From Callorhinchus milii (Eukaryota): a DNA stretch of 64,000 nucleotides. Under the pieces are notes generated by a model. The model was not told the DNA's origin. It was given only the letters and a program-made list of their open reading frames with translations, and did not search any database. Each line of letters starts with the position of its first letter. Positions within the stretch are counted from its first letter, which is position 1. Both the position numbers and the translations under genes were made by a program. Below, in pieces: positions 49,371 through 64,000 of this stretch. Where the stretch lies: positions 16,058,001 through 16,122,000 of the forward strand of contig NW_024704748.1 in NCBI RefSeq assembly GCF_018977255.1. The letters are read 5' to 3'.

Positions 49371-49802
49371 TTGTAATATTTATTTGAATAGCTGAGATAT
49401 TGCAGATGTTCCAGTCATGATTTAGACACAAAGGAATACACAGATATGGAATTCCAGTCATATCTGCCCATTTCACTTATATATCATAAGTGATATCAAT
49501 TTCAGCTTCCTTCCTCACTAAATGATAGATTGACATGTAGCAAAATAATTTTAACTTCTATTAAATAGGTTAAGGAAATACTTCACCTTACTCCGGGTTA
49601 ATTTTGAATCTCTTCTAACTAGCTCATATGATCAAGCTCGAATGCACCAGGCCCAGTAGATATGGTACTCAAATTTTCAGTCATGTGTTTCCAAAGGGCC
49701 TGACTTTCTTGAATAACTCAACATAGAAACAATTTACTGACAGAGTTGGCAACCCAAAAGGAAGAGAAAATTAACATATTCCAAACAATAAAGCTTAGGG
49801 TA

Positions 49803-50070
49803 AGCGCCTTGCAAGTGAGAGACCAGGGCGAAACCTTGGGCAAGTTTCCTTACTCCATCTGCCTGATAATAATCCCTCAAGAAAAAAACAATAATAAATT
49901 GGTCACTCCAATCCATGACTGTTTGTGGGACACTGCTGTGTGCAATTGGCTGCTGTGTTTCTCCCACAAAAAAATGCAGTCAATTCACTTGACAATATAT
50001 TCTGTGAAGCGCTTTGAGACGTCTAGAAGACATGAAAAGCGCTATATCAAATGCAAGGATTATTATTATT
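49803..50070 (+). mobile_element. Family A SINE, short subfamily, head partly deleted
   Basis: ttgcaagtgagagac is joined directly to cagggcgaaacc (B box lost); body and tail are intact. Confidence 0.88.
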
Positions 50071-50073
50071 AAA

Positions 50074-50300
50074 GGAGAAGGCTATTGAGCCCTCCAAGTT
50101 TGCTCTACCAATTTATTATATCACGATGGATCGTTTAATCCCATTTTGCCATCTTTTCTCCAAACCACTTAAAATCCTTATTTCAGAACTATCTATTTAT
50201 GTCCTTTTTAAACATCCCAATTGATTTTCCCTCTCACAGCCTTTATGTAATAGCATGTTTTCTGATTTCATGTCTAACCTGCTTAGCTCCAATTTAAGAT
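50074..50300 (-). mobile_element. Old CR1 3' fragment
   Basis: ggagaaggctattgagccctccaagtttgctctacca...ttttctccaaacc. Confidence 0.45.
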
Positions 50301-51314
50301 GTCTTACACAGTTATACCAACTCAGTTTAATTGAACATGTTTTTCTTTGCTGTGTGTGTGTGTATACATGAGTGGAAGATTGAGTGTATGTGTTAGGAAA
50401 GGCTTCTTGTGATTACTAGGTGAAAGTGAAGTGTAGGTCTGCCTGGTGCTCACGTTAGATAATTGGGGTTTTACACTTGGTTTAGCAGTAGGCATCCAGC
50501 AGCAATCCCTTCTCAGGAAACTTGTTTATGTTCAAGCTTCTGATCAGCCATGTGTCGAAATCTTCTATTTCCTAGGATTTGTGAAACTTTGATGGATGTT
50601 GCTACAGGTACTGTTGCAAATCAATTGCTGAGATGAGAGGCAGAAAGACAACCTTGTTACATTTCCAATGTTCACAGAGAGGTCATTTAATTGCAGTTTA
50701 AATGTATGGGAAATTTACTACACTTGAATTTGTTTGTTTGCTTTATTCCAGACATTCAACGTTCAGTTGTTAGCTGACCTGTGGTCTCTTGAGGCATGTA
50801 ACGTTTCCGGGAAGTAATTGCCGCACTTGTACTTCAATTTATCAATTGTGTTTTCAACTCCCTCTGTTAAGCTTTATCCAATGTTTATTCAATGCACAGA
50901 ACCACCTCCGAAAAACTAGATATTCTTCAGTTTGATCATTTTAGTGACCAGTGTGGCCAGAATACTGTGAATTAACATTCCAAACATTTAACTCCTCTTG
51001 TATAGAAAATAAACTCGATCAGATAAGTCACAATGGTCAGCTTCAACGGCTGACACTGTTTCTGTTTTGGGGAACATCCAAGAGAACTCGCAAAGTCTTG
51101 TTCATGCAGTTTAATGGAAGCAGTGTGTTGAGCAAGAGGTCGGAGGTTGCTCTTGATTGTAGTTGTATTACCAGGCACACACATTATGTCGTACAGGTGC
51201 TGCCTGCTCTTGCTACAGATGGTCTAGGATGATCTGTGAAGGCAAGTGAAAAGAAAAAGCAGTAACAATTTCTTTCCATGTATACCTAGAATCTAACTCC
51301 CGTATTAACTATAG

Positions 51315-51543
51315 CTTTATTGGTAGATTGCTTTTCCGGGGGAAATAATTCCTTCAAAAAAAATAATAAATTGGTCACTTCAATCCCATGCCTGTTTGTG
51401 GGATGCTGCTGTGCGTAATTGGCTGCTGCATTTCGCCCACAAAATATACAGTCAATTCACTTTACAGTATGTTCTGTGAAGCACTTTGATACGTCTCGAA
51501 GATGTGCTAAGGCACTATATCAAATACAAGGATTATTATTATT
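51315..51543 (+). mobile_element. Family A SINE, long subfamily, 3' part
   Basis: ttggtagattgcttttccgggggaaataattcc plus body and tail. Confidence 0.85.
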
Positions 51544-54486
51544 ACATTAGGATGGGAGCAACGTCTCAATCCATTCAGCTAATTCCCATTATTGTATGCA
51601 ATTTGGTGTGCAATAACCGCTATATCGATTGGATACTCTACTTTGAATCTCAGGATATGAATAATTATATTTGAATTGCTGCACAGTGCATGTCGTACCA
51701 CATGTCCCCTTTTTATATATACATATATATATATAACATATACAATATAAGTAATACTCATGGAAGTCTGACCAAGTAGTCCTACAAGCCACCGCTATCA
51801 CAAGTGTATAAGCCGACTATAATGCAATGCTGCCTTCTGCCTGCACCACTCTAGTAATGATATTGTCCATACGTACTGCGTTTCCTACATTCTTTCTCGG
51901 TGATGTACCCCTCCCCCACCCACACACGTATATCTCTTAATCCCAATCATAAAACCAACAATTCAACACAACTCTACATTTTGCTTTTACTTTTTAAAAA
52001 AAAAATCTTATGTCTTCTCTGGGATCCTGAAACAATCCTGAAATTAATATTTGAATTTAATATGTTCAGACTGAAAATTGCTAAATAAATCATATGCAGG
52101 TATCTGGATAATCCTCTCACAGCTGATTAAAAGATTTCAAATGTGTTCTGGTTAGAAATTCTGACTTTAATACCTTGCCTTACCCAATTTTTACTGAGAA
52201 AAGGAGGCTTTCTATTGATTTCTAAGTGCATGTCGAGTGCTCTGAAGTTGTGAATAATCTTTCCCTTTTCAGCTTCACAGCCTTTTTGGGAAGTGTTTCC
52301 TTCATTCAACAGAATTAGATTTATGAACTGGAGGAAAAAGTTGTGCATGAGTTAGTCAAGGGAGATGCTTGGCTTCAATCTCCCTAAGTATAGGGAGTTT
52401 AAAGCCAAGTATCTTGTTCCAAGGTTAAGCACTAAAGAGGATTTCTAAGAGATGTATCGAATTCAGTGTTTCTTGTCCCTTGGAAGAATTATGGCACATA
52501 TATTTGAGAAGTATTTTAGCAAACATCCATCTTTGAATACTAATGTGAATTTTTATGAATCTAAAGTATACCAATGGGACACCGATCACTTTGGGTGTAA
52601 ATAGACTGCAAATTTAATGTAAGATACTCTTACAATACAATTGATATTCATATAGTGCTTTTCACATTGGGAGGACGTCTCAAAGCACTCAACACTGCTA
52701 GCTGGGCACTCAAACTTTTTTTTAACCTTTATTAAAAACATCATTAATAAATGATCGCTTTTACTAATATTTTATTTACATTTGAGTTTGTAATAGTTTG
52801 CTTAAAGGTTGATATGGCCCAATTTGTAGTTTTGTAATACTTTATTAATTTCTGTTAATATTAATTCATCTATTAATATAATCTATTGATATAAAAAAAT
52901 CAGAGTAGTCCTTTGAAACACTCTACAAGAAAACTATATGGTTAAAAGTGATTTTTACCCATTAATGATTGCTTTATTGCCTGAAATTTTAAATAGGGTT
53001 TATAGTTCATATTAGTTGTTCATAACTTTTGATGACTTCTTCAATGGAATATTTTTTAAACAGAGAATCAACACTGAGGTGCGCAATGCCAAATAGGAGG
53101 GAAAAAATGCTGAAATTATCCTGAAATTATGAAATGAATAGAATCCAATGAAACTAATTTAATCAATTGCATATCTTTGGTATTTATTCAAAAGGAACTG
53201 TTTGCTTAAAGAGTAAATACAAGAAGGGCTTTTTTGCAAACAATTTAAATACGTTCATGGCCACTTTAAAATAATTCAACATAATTTAAAGTCTTCATTT
53301 ATCCTTAAAACAATATTGGTTGCTGCTTTGCCCCGTTCTTAACTCTAAACCTAGCTTTTGGTTTGAACATACTTAGCCTTTTTCCTTATTTTATATGATG
53401 AAATGGACAATGCAACCATATATAGAGGAATAATGTGAGGGCCTTTCACTGCATTCCAATATATCTTTCATTGTGTAAGCCTGAACCATCCCTTTCATAC
53501 CATTAAGCTCAATTATGTCATAAGCTTTCTGAAACAGTGTTCACTCTACTCATGACAGGCTACGATACAGGAAGGCCAAGGTGACAGATGTAAGGCAGAA
53601 GTTGAAATTCATAATAACCTGTCGGCCCCAGGCTATCAAATGGATCAAACGCGTATTTTTTCGAAGGATCAGTTCCCAGCTGACTGAATGAATATTTAAA
53701 TCAAGCACAAGTAAAAAACAAAGTCTAACATAGCTATTTATATATTCTTAGTTTGCATCAGCATAAATTGTGATTAGGTTACTTGATACTGAAATGTTAA
53801 TGCCTTTAAAACTCTGTTTTAGATGGGTGTCCATCTTTATTCAAACTAGATATAAACAGTGAATTGAACATGTCATTTGAGCAATATAACCACATTTCCT
53901 GGGATATCAACAAGAAACAGTCTTTGTCCTCAAATATCTGATCCTTGTTCTGCTTTTTAAAACATGAAGATTTAGTCTTTGTCATACCTTTTACGCTGGG
54001 GTTCTCTATAAATAAATCACTACTCTAAGTGTGACTCAAAATTGGATCAATATGTTTTACTGGTTGTGTTCTTAATATTTTACTTGAACTACAGCTATTT
54101 TTAGGGACCTAGAAAATTGAGCTGGAATATGTGCTATTGATTTCTCTCTAATCAACTGAAATCCAAGAACACTCTGTGCAACAAACCACAAACTGATGGA
54201 GTCACCAATAGGCATAGCATGAAAATGTGTTATTATTACTCTGAGTTTCAAATAATACAATGCAAATGAAATACTTTTTTTTCCAAATTACGAAGGTTCT
54301 ATTTGCGGACTGTCGAGGGATTCCATGTATCTGAGCCCTGACAGACAGTCAGTCTCCTGTGGTCTAAATCAAACTGGTTTACCTCAATTAATACACATCA
54401 CCTTAATAAATGGTGATTGTTCCTGGGCTGTGGGTCCATGGGTAGAGACAGGTCTCTGATACAGCACCCATTTGTGCATCACTTAA

Positions 54487-54725
54487 TTGTCCATTCTTTA
54501 TGTATAGGCTTCAACAGTCAATTCTGGCAGGCTGTCTGAATTTGAGGCAGCTGATTCTCTCCTTGCCTGCCATCTAGAAATGCTTAATTGTCAACAGATT
54601 CTACTGGAAAGTAATGAGGAGCAGGATCTGAAGTTTACTGATCACAGCCTGGTAAAATTGAATGTGCCCCACCACTGTCCCTGGTTGATTAGTTAATTTT
54701 TGACAAACCTGAGATTTCCCTGTTG
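54487..54725 (-). mobile_element. Ancient SINE family C remnant
   Basis: ccattctttatgt...ctggcaggctg...gaggagcagga...ccccaccactgtccctggttgattagtt; related to 59689-59930. Confidence 0.4.
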
Positions 54726-57188
54726 TAGGATTGCACACACCAGTACCGTTGACACATTGGGGAGGGGAGAGCTCCAGTATTTAGCATTTTTAAAATATTG
54801 ATAATTATAATCCCAGGCTTTATTCTTTGCCTGATTATTATAGCTGCCCATCTAACACTGCTTCCCCAAAGCCAGTTGCCCTGATGGTGCCATCAACAGT
54901 CTCTACATTAGTTATTATTAAATCAATAGAAATAGACTAGGTAATTAAATTTAACTGTTTGATTTTCATGTTAACAGAATAGCAATAACATATCTTTATG
55001 GATTGACGGAAATATAATTTCTCCTTCTTACCCAATATCAACTTCAGTAATAAGGTAAACCTTTTTAGTGGTGTTTATGGGATGTGGAGATTACATATGA
55101 TTAATGATGGAATTATTCAAGTGCATGAACATTATTCCTTGGTTATACACAACTTTCTCTTGACAGTTCCCAATACTGGTAAGAATTTCACTGCATTATT
55201 TATGAATACCAGTGTTTTCAAATGTGATGAGGTTTGTCTACATTTTTTTCACATTATTATTTTAACTTGCTAGAATTTGGTAAATTTATTGAAATCAGTC
55301 ATGTAAGATGTGACCATATCAATGTAAATATATAATGTGAGAAGAACAATATTCATCTAACTGGAGCAAAAAGTTAATCTGGTACCATTGAATGAATACC
55401 ATTAATATGCATAGAAAATAGTTTTCAATTTTCATGTGATTAAGACATCCAATTAACATAAATACAAACACACAAACCTGGTCATTTAAGTGAATTTGAC
55501 TATTGAAATAGGGGGATGGGGGAGACCTTGAATTAATAGATTGAACTATTTATTGGAAAGAATTAATCCTGTGCTAAATAATAAGGATTTACTATTCAAT
55601 GCTCTGCATTAAATAGATTACAGTTGAACATAGATGACTACTGCTGGAGATGTACACATTATTTTGAGTTAGGAGAAGAAAAAAATGAGCAGTGCTATTG
55701 TCTTACTTAGGTAGAAATAAGTACTTAATGTAAATTGCTGGGTTCAATTTGAAGCAGTGGTATTGGGGAAAACATCCCAGAAGACATTGAATTTGTTGGT
55801 GAATTTAATCAACAGTTTGTTTGCTATAATGAATCACTACACCTGTCAAGACTGACATTAGTGGTTTGTGCTGGTGAGTGATGTGTGGAACGTGCATTAT
55901 CAGCAACAGTGCATAGACCTTAGTTAAAAGAGCAGCAATTCTCTGTAACAAATCAACGTCAAATACTCCCTCAGTCTCCATCGACTTAAACATTAGGGTA
56001 GAGGGGATGAACAGCTTGTGTTAGTTCACCAAATGGTTCTTCACCAGTGGCTCTGCTTGCCTAATGTTTGAGTGCAGATTTAGCCCTGCTGCTTTTGTTG
56101 ACATCATTAAAGCATTTTCTGAGTTGCTGCATGCAGTCTGTTTGTTGTCACCATATTTAAATGCCTCCTTCCCGCTTTCTTCCTGCACAATAATGAGTAT
56201 TGTAAGCCTCTTGCCCAATTATCTGCCCCACAAAAATGGAGGGATGAAATTAGAAAGGCAGAAAGTGACTGTTGGACTCTTTTACATCATTATGCTGTAT
56301 TTTCTGGTAAGCAACATGAGCAGATTACCATTTGGTGAATTGGGCAACAAAATTCCTCATGATTTGCTTTTTTAACAGCAAAACTGTGATTGCTCTGACT
56401 GTTCGCAGATTTGTTTGCATTTTTAATTTTGTTTAAGTGTTTCAGAATTTGCAGCATTGTAAAGTATATTGACACACTACAACAGTGAAGCAATAACTAG
56501 TAAATATGTTAGAGAAGAAATGTGATTAGAATATGATCAGCTATGCAGACAGATTTCCCTTCCTTTCCCCAGATGCACACAATTTTAATCATTCTGAAGT
56601 ATTCCTTGATAGTTGATTTTATAGCTTAAGGATGTAAGTAGCATTATCTGATTATATGTTTTGTTGTATTAACACTGTGCATCACATTACTCTACTGTAT
56701 TAAATAGATGAACACTTAAGTGCATTGTGTTATTTTTTATTTTATAGAGATGTCTGAAGCAACTAACTAAAAAATCTTTCATCTAATACTCCTGTCTGCG
56801 TGCCACTCGTACACTATATTCACAAGTTGGAACTTTAGGTTATTTAATGTGTCAAACTCAGATCAGATTCTACCTCCTTAAGACATAATAAAATGTTCTG
56901 AGAATATTCCAGAGCATGGGAGAACAAGAGCAGGCACCTAGCAAGATGTCCAAAGAGAAGAGTGATCCTATGTGACAAGAGAATCACCATAAAATTTATG
57001 AGAATTATCAATCGGTTCTGATTTCTTACTTTGATACTGGCTACTTTCCTGTTTTTAAAAAAATTAAATGAATGATGGTACTGTATTCTGAGCGAGGGCT
57101 TTCTCATAAAGTTGACTAAGAATTGGGTTGAGATTTGAATATATTCACACAGCAACCAAAGGAATCAAAACCTGTGAATTATTGCTAT

Positions 57189-57308
57189 TTCGCCCACAAA
57201 TATACAATCAATTCACTTTACAGTCTATTCTGTGAAGCGTTTTGAGATGTCTAGAAGACGTGAGAAGCCCTATATCAAATGCAAGGATTATTATTATTTA
57301 TTATTATT
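57189..57308 (+). mobile_element. Family A SINE 3' fragment
   Basis: ttcgcccacaaatatac...atcaaatgcaaggattattatt. Confidence 0.85.
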
Positions 57309-59339
57309 CAAATTGGGTAAAGATAAAACAAAAAAGGTCACTTTAAACAATGTTTTAAATGAATACCTGAAAAGAATGGGAGCGATTTTAAAGTGTAGAC
57401 ATATTATAATTTTCTGCAAAAAAGACATTTAATTGAAACATACATTAACTTTAAGCTAATGTTTTACCTTTAGGGTTTCTAAGGAAAGATGGACTTTTTG
57501 TTTAGTTTTTTAGTTTTAGTTTTTTAAAAAAAATATTCTTTTCAAAATTGTGGTCTTGTTAAACTATTATAATAAGTAATACTGTAATACTAAAGTAACA
57601 CTAACAATTCAGAATGTATTGATCTAACTGAGTTACCTACCGGCAAATGAATCAAATTCTGCTTTCTATGGGCTCATTGGTTTGCACATAATTCTATGAA
57701 CTTAAATATTGCATCTTTTGAGAGAATTGGCTGTTTGACATAACTGCATTAACCTATTATTTTCCACTTTCTTTTTATGTGTTTGTGATAAACATGTGGT
57801 GCACTGGAAAGTACGGTTGAAATTATGCTTTATACCTTCAAAGACCACAACTTTTGAAACTATTTCAGATCCTCATTTTAAAATACTCCATCATCCCTAT
57901 TTAACACAGATGCAAACATGTCAGAATTGCTAAGACAGACAGATCCAGTGGTTTACTCAAACACTTGATCAACTGGCATGTAGGTTTGTGTCTAAGACAC
58001 AAAGGGAAGGTACTAGGCTGAGTTGAAACACAACAGTTTAAAGAGTGAGACAAATCAATGGCGAGTTTGCTTGACGCACATTCACACACAGCTCAGTGGG
58101 TAGCTGAAGAGCAGTATAAGCAAAGAGAAGGCTTCCCAACATAGTCATTTTTTTTATTGTTTTATAGGTACATCATTAGTGCAAAAAATGAGGCTAGAAA
58201 ATATAATGACCTAAGAAGAATGTCCAACATAATAATAATACTAAATCACAAAGTGATATCCAGATTTATCTAATCTAATCTGAGGAGAAGGAATCAAGTC
58301 TATTGCTTGAGCTTGACTTTCATGGTTGTGATGTCAATGGAACCATTCAATTAAATTGCTTGTAATGATCATTCCTAGGTATCCATTACTCTAGATAAAC
58401 TGCGTCCCACAATTTAGATTACTGCCTTGTAATCACTGCCAGTATCCATTTATCTATATAAATATGCTTGCTTCACAAGGCATCATGCAGCACAATCCTG
58501 TCCTGCTATTTTTCTATCCTGTGTTACCAATTTGCAGTTCTTCTTGATAAGAAGGTCTTGTCAAATCCCTGCTCTGTAAAATGTTGCAAATTATGAGGTG
58601 AAACAATTAGAATCTTAAAGTTAATTAAATCTAAGGTTGGATCACGCTTATTATTTAGATATCTAAATATATCTGCTAAACAGTACCAATGATTATGCTC
58701 AGTCTTCCAGGGAATACATAACAGAATAAGTTCCAGAAATAGCTACCTTCTTTAGCTAATGTATGCATGTTCATGTGGTAATGTGCATAGCAGTCAGTAA
58801 TAATTTAGCGCACAATATTACCAATAGGGATGCACATAAATGGGTCTTGGTGATGAAGTAAGTCTCTGACCGTGTGTGTATGTGTGCACCCGTATATTAA
58901 ATCTTAATATAGAATGCAAACATAGTGATTTATGTATTATTAGTTATGAGCCAGTATATCTGTACAATTAAATTGATAGCTAAGTTTTAAATCTTCAGGC
59001 ATTCCACTACCATTGATGAGTTCTTAATAGATTCATCTGATTAACCGGCATGGTGAATTTTGAATGTTTGTAATGGGTTCCTAGAAAATTTGCACGTTAA
59101 TTAGAATATTCATCACAGACCTCTGAAATATATCTGATAAAACAACTTACTTTGTTTATTTATTACAAGGCAGTGTCAGATCTAAACACCTTTAATGAGA
59201 ATGCTGGAAACAGCTCACTTGACTCTCATTTGTAAACAGGATTGAGACTTTTATCTGTGAGCTTGCATTTCTATTCGATTTAATGATTCAATTAACATTC
59301 TCACTTACACCCTCAAATGAGAATATCATTCTTCGAACC

Positions 59340-59480
59340 AAATATTGTAGAATGTGGTTAGAAGGTAGTGATATAGGGATAGGGGGCAGGTGATAGCTCT
59401 GTTCTGAGTGGTATGGAATAGTTTACTATGTGGCAGGATGAGCCTCGTGGGTTTTTCCTGTATGTAAATTCTCATGTAAT
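59340..59480 (+). mobile_element. Old CR1-type 3'UTR remnant
   Basis: tagggatagggggcaggtga...gggtttttcctgtatgtaaattctcatgtaatt. Confidence 0.35.
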
Positions 59481-59688
59481 TACATCAAAGCATGAAAACT
59501 GGAAAATGTCACATAGAAACTAGTCCAGAGGGTAAATCCCTTTCCAGCTTTGGTAAGTAAAGTTACCCACTTGGGGGTAGGGTCTTGTACCAGCTATTTG
59601 CTGGTTGTAAGTTCCAACTATATTGTTATTAAGATTGTCAATTAGTAGTGCTGATTAGTAATGGTATATGGTTCTATAGATGCAAACT

Positions 59689-59930
59689 ACCCTCCGGTAC
59701 ATAAACTAAGAGACTATTTCAAGATTGAGCACAGACAACTGGGGAGATGGGTGAATCACGACTGTAATGACAATTCAGTCATTACCTGACATCTGCCCAC
59801 GTGTACTTTCCAGTAAGTCAATGAGAAAAGCAACCACCGGCTGATTTCTAACCCTCCCCTTCCCTCCCTCACCCCACCAAAACAAAAGTTGGTGTTGAGA
59901 CAAACTGCAACTCCCCTACTGCTGCTTGAA
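59689..59930 (-). mobile_element. Ancient SINE family C remnant
   Basis: ccctccggtac...actttccag...ggctgatttc...ctcccctactgctgc. Confidence 0.5.
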
Positions 59931-59947
59931 TAAAGTTAATAAAAGGG

Positions 59948-60150
59948 AATAATCCCTCAAAACTAACTAAATCAATAATAATATTAATGTGATCACTCAA
60001 TCCATGACTGTTTGTGGGACACTGCTGTGTGCAATTGGCTGCCATGTTTCGCACACAAAATATACAGTCAATTCCCTTTACAGTATATTATGTGAAGCCT
60101 TTGACACGTCCCAAAGATGTAATAAGGTCCATATCAAATGCAAGGATCAT
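59948..60150 (+). mobile_element. Family A SINE 3' fragment
   Basis: aataatccctcaaaa...gtttgtgggacactgctgtg...atcaaatgcaaggat. Confidence 0.85.
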
Positions 60151-61632
60151 AAGAACACAGAACATATATTTTTTACAAATTATTTTTGTTGAGGTCTGCT
60201 GAATATCAGTCGAATTGAGATATGTTTGTTATAAATAGTGGAACAAATGGATTTTTCAAGTTCTTTTCACCCTGCAGTGAGGAGCCAGTTTTTTTNATCT
60301 TGATCCATGTTTTCTGTTGTGCAGTCCTTATGGAGCTAAGAGAGCTGATTTTTAGAGAGCTTCTTTTTGAATGCCTGCTTTCATTCATCTCAGCAGGTGC
60401 TTATGTTGTGATTTTTTTTCATGCTGCCTTTAACTGCTTGATGGATATACATCACTAATCTTTTTAGTGCATAACTTGAAACGTGATGAATGTGGATATC
60501 CCAGGCACCAGAGACCAGTAAAATGTAACCAACAATATCTGAGCTAGTTCAAATCTATAATTCTGTGTTTCTGTTCAAAGGGGAAATATTTCAACTGAGT
60601 TTATTTATTTCTCATTTTTGAATTTATCTGATATTTTGTCTGAAACAACATTTTTAACCTCAACCCCATCATAATTGGGGATGTAATCCTGTTAGCTACC
60701 CTTCATATGCAATCGGGTGCAATGTTGGTACTAATGTTCTCCACTGATTCAAGAGGATAATGGTGGCATTCATACTACAGGGTCATTTTTATTCCCCTTT
60801 CAAAAGGTAATGCAAATTGCAAGGAGTTAAAACCAGATTTGACCTGATTCTGCAACAGAAAGTATCTTGAAGCAATGGGTATCTTCGAATGCTTAAAAAT
60901 GGCTATGAGCTATATTATTGAAGAAAGAAATAGGAGACCCTTGGCTGCACATCTACCATCTACCTTTTAGATCTACCATTTAGCTCCTCGCTTCCATCTA
61001 ACAGGCAGTGCTTCGGGCACTTAGTACTGAGTAAACAGCCATAGTAGATTTATATACAGCAATGGAGGTGGAATCATTCATTAGTGGAAGTGAAGGTGAA
61101 CAGTCTCTCTTCCTTGTCAGTTTATAGTGGACCAGCAGGGGTCCTCACAAACCTTTTTCTACCATCAGCTTCTCCTTTGTCTTTCTGCAGAAACTGTTCT
61201 GCTACTTCATCCCCTGTCCTTTTGAGTTAAGAATGCATTTATTTAATCAGCAATTTTCTCCTGTGGCTTCATACTTTGCAATGAAATGAAATACTGGTAC
61301 ATTTCCTCCCTACCACAACAATAAGTGTCTATAAAAACATTCCATTTCCTCCCCCTTGTCTCTTTTCCTCCTTTCCATCAATTCAGCTGAGAAAGGGATT
61401 TGACCTCACCAGATCACAGATCGATTTCGTTGAAGAAGGCCCTTCCACTTATTTGATCTCATTCTTCCAGAATACCCACCCTACCATCTTCACATAATAG
61501 CATCAAGGTTTTTTTTAATATATGAAAAGCTTTTTTTTTACATGATTCAAGGCTCAATCATGCTCGGAGCCAATGCTTTAACAGTAATCATAGCAAACTG
61601 TCCCCCAAAATTGTTCCTGAAATGCGATGTTA

Positions 61633-61742
61633 GTAATAATAATGATCCTTGCATTTGCTATAGCATTTTACCATGTCTCTGAGACATCTCAAAGTGCTTC
61701 ACAGAATATGCTGTAAAGTGACTAAATATTTTGTGGGAAAAA
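61633..61742 (-). mobile_element. Family A SINE 3' fragment
   Basis: taataataatgatccttgcattt...caaagtgcttcacagaa. Confidence 0.75.
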
Positions 61743-62304
61743 CATTTTGAGTGAAATAGCTATTTGTTGCTTTATTCTTAAACCTCTTCCTTTTCATTCT
61801 TATTTTCACAACGTTTCATGATATTAAAATATGATGGTTTTGAGATCCAGGATGCAGGGTACTTTTAACCAGTTCAGCAATGTCTAGGTTTGTAGCAGTT
61901 GTTATCAGTAACTAACTTATACTGTCGAAATAGACCATTATATGTATTGACCAGTTGTTTTCAATATAGTGTGTCTTACTGATGAATGTTCTGGCTTGTT
62001 GTATCTCAATATGGCAAGGCCAAGACCAAAACGGCTGATATAAGAGATTAAAATTAAGTTGGACAATTTGAAATACTATATTTTAAAAATTACAAAAAGT
62101 ACCATACATATCTGCCTCACATCACCATTCTTAGTATTCTACTGTAGTTACTGTATTTCACAAATTTGGAAAGTGACATCTTATTATTCAATACGTATAC
62201 TATAGTAAAATATCTAAGCATTTTCTCCTTTTTAATATTTTGGTATGTTCTTACTATAAATGTCATAATATGAACCATTGGATTCCAATGAACATTTGAT
62301 CATA

Positions 62305-62776
62305 TAGTGGCTCAGTTGTAGCAATTTGCATTCTTGTATCTGAGTTTGTGGATTCAAGCCCCACATCAGTACTTGGAACTCATATAGTCTATGCAGACAC
62401 TCCAATACAGTGCTGGGGGGAGTGGGGAAGCTCTGCGTAGTTGGAGGTGGCATATTTTGGATGAGATATTAAAACCAAGGTCTGCTCGTTCAGGTGGATC
62501 CTAGAAGATCCCATGCCAATATTCAAAAAGAGTAAAATTCTAAATTTCTATTCAAAATCTTTATTTAAAATTTCTCCCAGTGTTCTGGCCAACATTCCCA
62601 CAAATAAAATTGGCAATTCACTTAATGGCTGACATTGCTGTGGGCAAATTAGCTGCCAAGTTTGTCTATATAGAACAAATACAGTCACAACACTTTTCGG
62701 TAAATAGTATGAAACGCTTTGAGATGTTCCCCTGATGTGAAAGGCACTCTGTCAAATCCAGTATTTATTATTATTC
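62305..62776 (+). mobile_element. DeuSINE (family B), near full length
   Basis: Head gtggctcagttgtagc...ggattcaagcccca, Deu domain ttggatgagatattaaaaccaagg...caggtggat..gatcccatg, and tail. Confidence 0.78.
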
Positions 62777-64000
62777 AGCCCCGAGTAATCTCCAATCCCA
62801 TTGCCAACCAAACATTTATTCAGTTTAAAGAATTCTTGGTAAAAGATTATAGACATAGACTCATATCCTATCACTCTATGAGCAGGTATGTGTCTCTTAA
62901 TCTAAATGCTCCAATATTTTAGACTTTGCAAAGTAGTCTATAACTGAAACAACAACAACAAGATTACATTTGTATAGCGCCTTTCACGTCAGGAGGATGT
63001 CCCTGCACACTACATTCTGCTTTTAGTAAGGTTCCGCATTGTATTATATAAAAGCATTATTGCATGGGTGACCTGGGGCTGAACCTGTGAATTGCTACAG
63101 TCTGGAACCTGAAGATTAGTCATATCTATTTTTTTCCTGGAAGTTTTGGAATAATCAACCAAAATGAAAGATGTATTTTTTTTCTTACTGGATGTATAAT
63201 ACTTTCTCATCTTTGAAAGCACTCCTAAAATTACTCAAATAAAAGCTGACATTTATCCAAGCAGTAAAATGTGTTTGCTGCAAAACATTTTGCTGGTGCT
63301 CAACATTAACAGAAATTTCCATTCATCAAGCTTGCAGTTAAGTGGGAATCAGCACAGCTATCCTGACAAGAGGAATAGAAAAACATCCTTCAGAGTACAC
63401 AACACACCCTCGATTTCCCGTTCAATGGAACAAATCAATCGACAAACCACAGTATTGTGAATCAAAGTGGTAGAAGCCCACTATAAAAGCATCAGCTCTT
63501 TGCTACTTGGCCATCAATCACATAGTCAGAGAATATTTCTAAGTAAGTATTAGAGAGCTTTTTAGATCAGGTTATTAAGGGTCACAGAATTGCATGTCTT
63601 TTAAATTGAAGTATTGTATTTTACACACAATGCTTTTCTAGGGATCCTTCATACTACATCTTTTGTACATTACTTTTTTAATTAAAATGGAATGTTTTCC
63701 TTTGTCCTTTTAACGTGACTTTCATTATGAAGGCATCAAGGGCTCAATGTTGAAAACTTTCGCAAAGCTGTTTGTGCTAAGTTTTGGTAACGTCACAAAT
63801 ATCCTATTTTGGAAATCTGAACGTAGCAGTTTCTCAAAGTACAGTTTTGTATGAATTATCAGAGATTGAATGAGGACAATTTCCACATATCTGTTTAAGC
63901 TTCTGCTCTATACTCTGTTGTACTATTTTAGGACGGTCATAATAATTTTAATGTTTTGTTGGCACAGGTAAGGATTAACTGCTAATTTCACAAGCAACAT

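Noticed and set aside
60296-60296. Ambiguous base n
   Set aside because: Assembly uncertainty next to a poly-T run, not biology.

Overview
AT-rich, CpG-depleted vertebrate DNA. The repeat content (tRNA-Ala SINEs, DeuSINE/SacSINE1-type SINEs, CR1 and L2 LINEs) points to a cartilaginous fish, possibly a holocephalan such as the elephant shark (inference). The only recognisable gene piece is the terminal coding exon of CCSER2 (3007-3945, +), followed by its 3'UTR. The other ~58 kb looks like a gene desert with many retroelement copies, some nested. The best leads are: (1) a ~4 kb block at 15.9-20.0 kb that reads like decayed, intronless coding sequence with internal repeats and fits none of the local TE families; (2) a 29-bp inverted repeat about 1.1 kb after the CCSER2 stop; (3) a chimeric SINE present as long and short subfamilies; (4) an orphan minus-strand exon-like segment at 23.85-24.1 kb. 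All family names come from recalled consensus sequences and were not checked by database search. Repeat boundaries are approximate.
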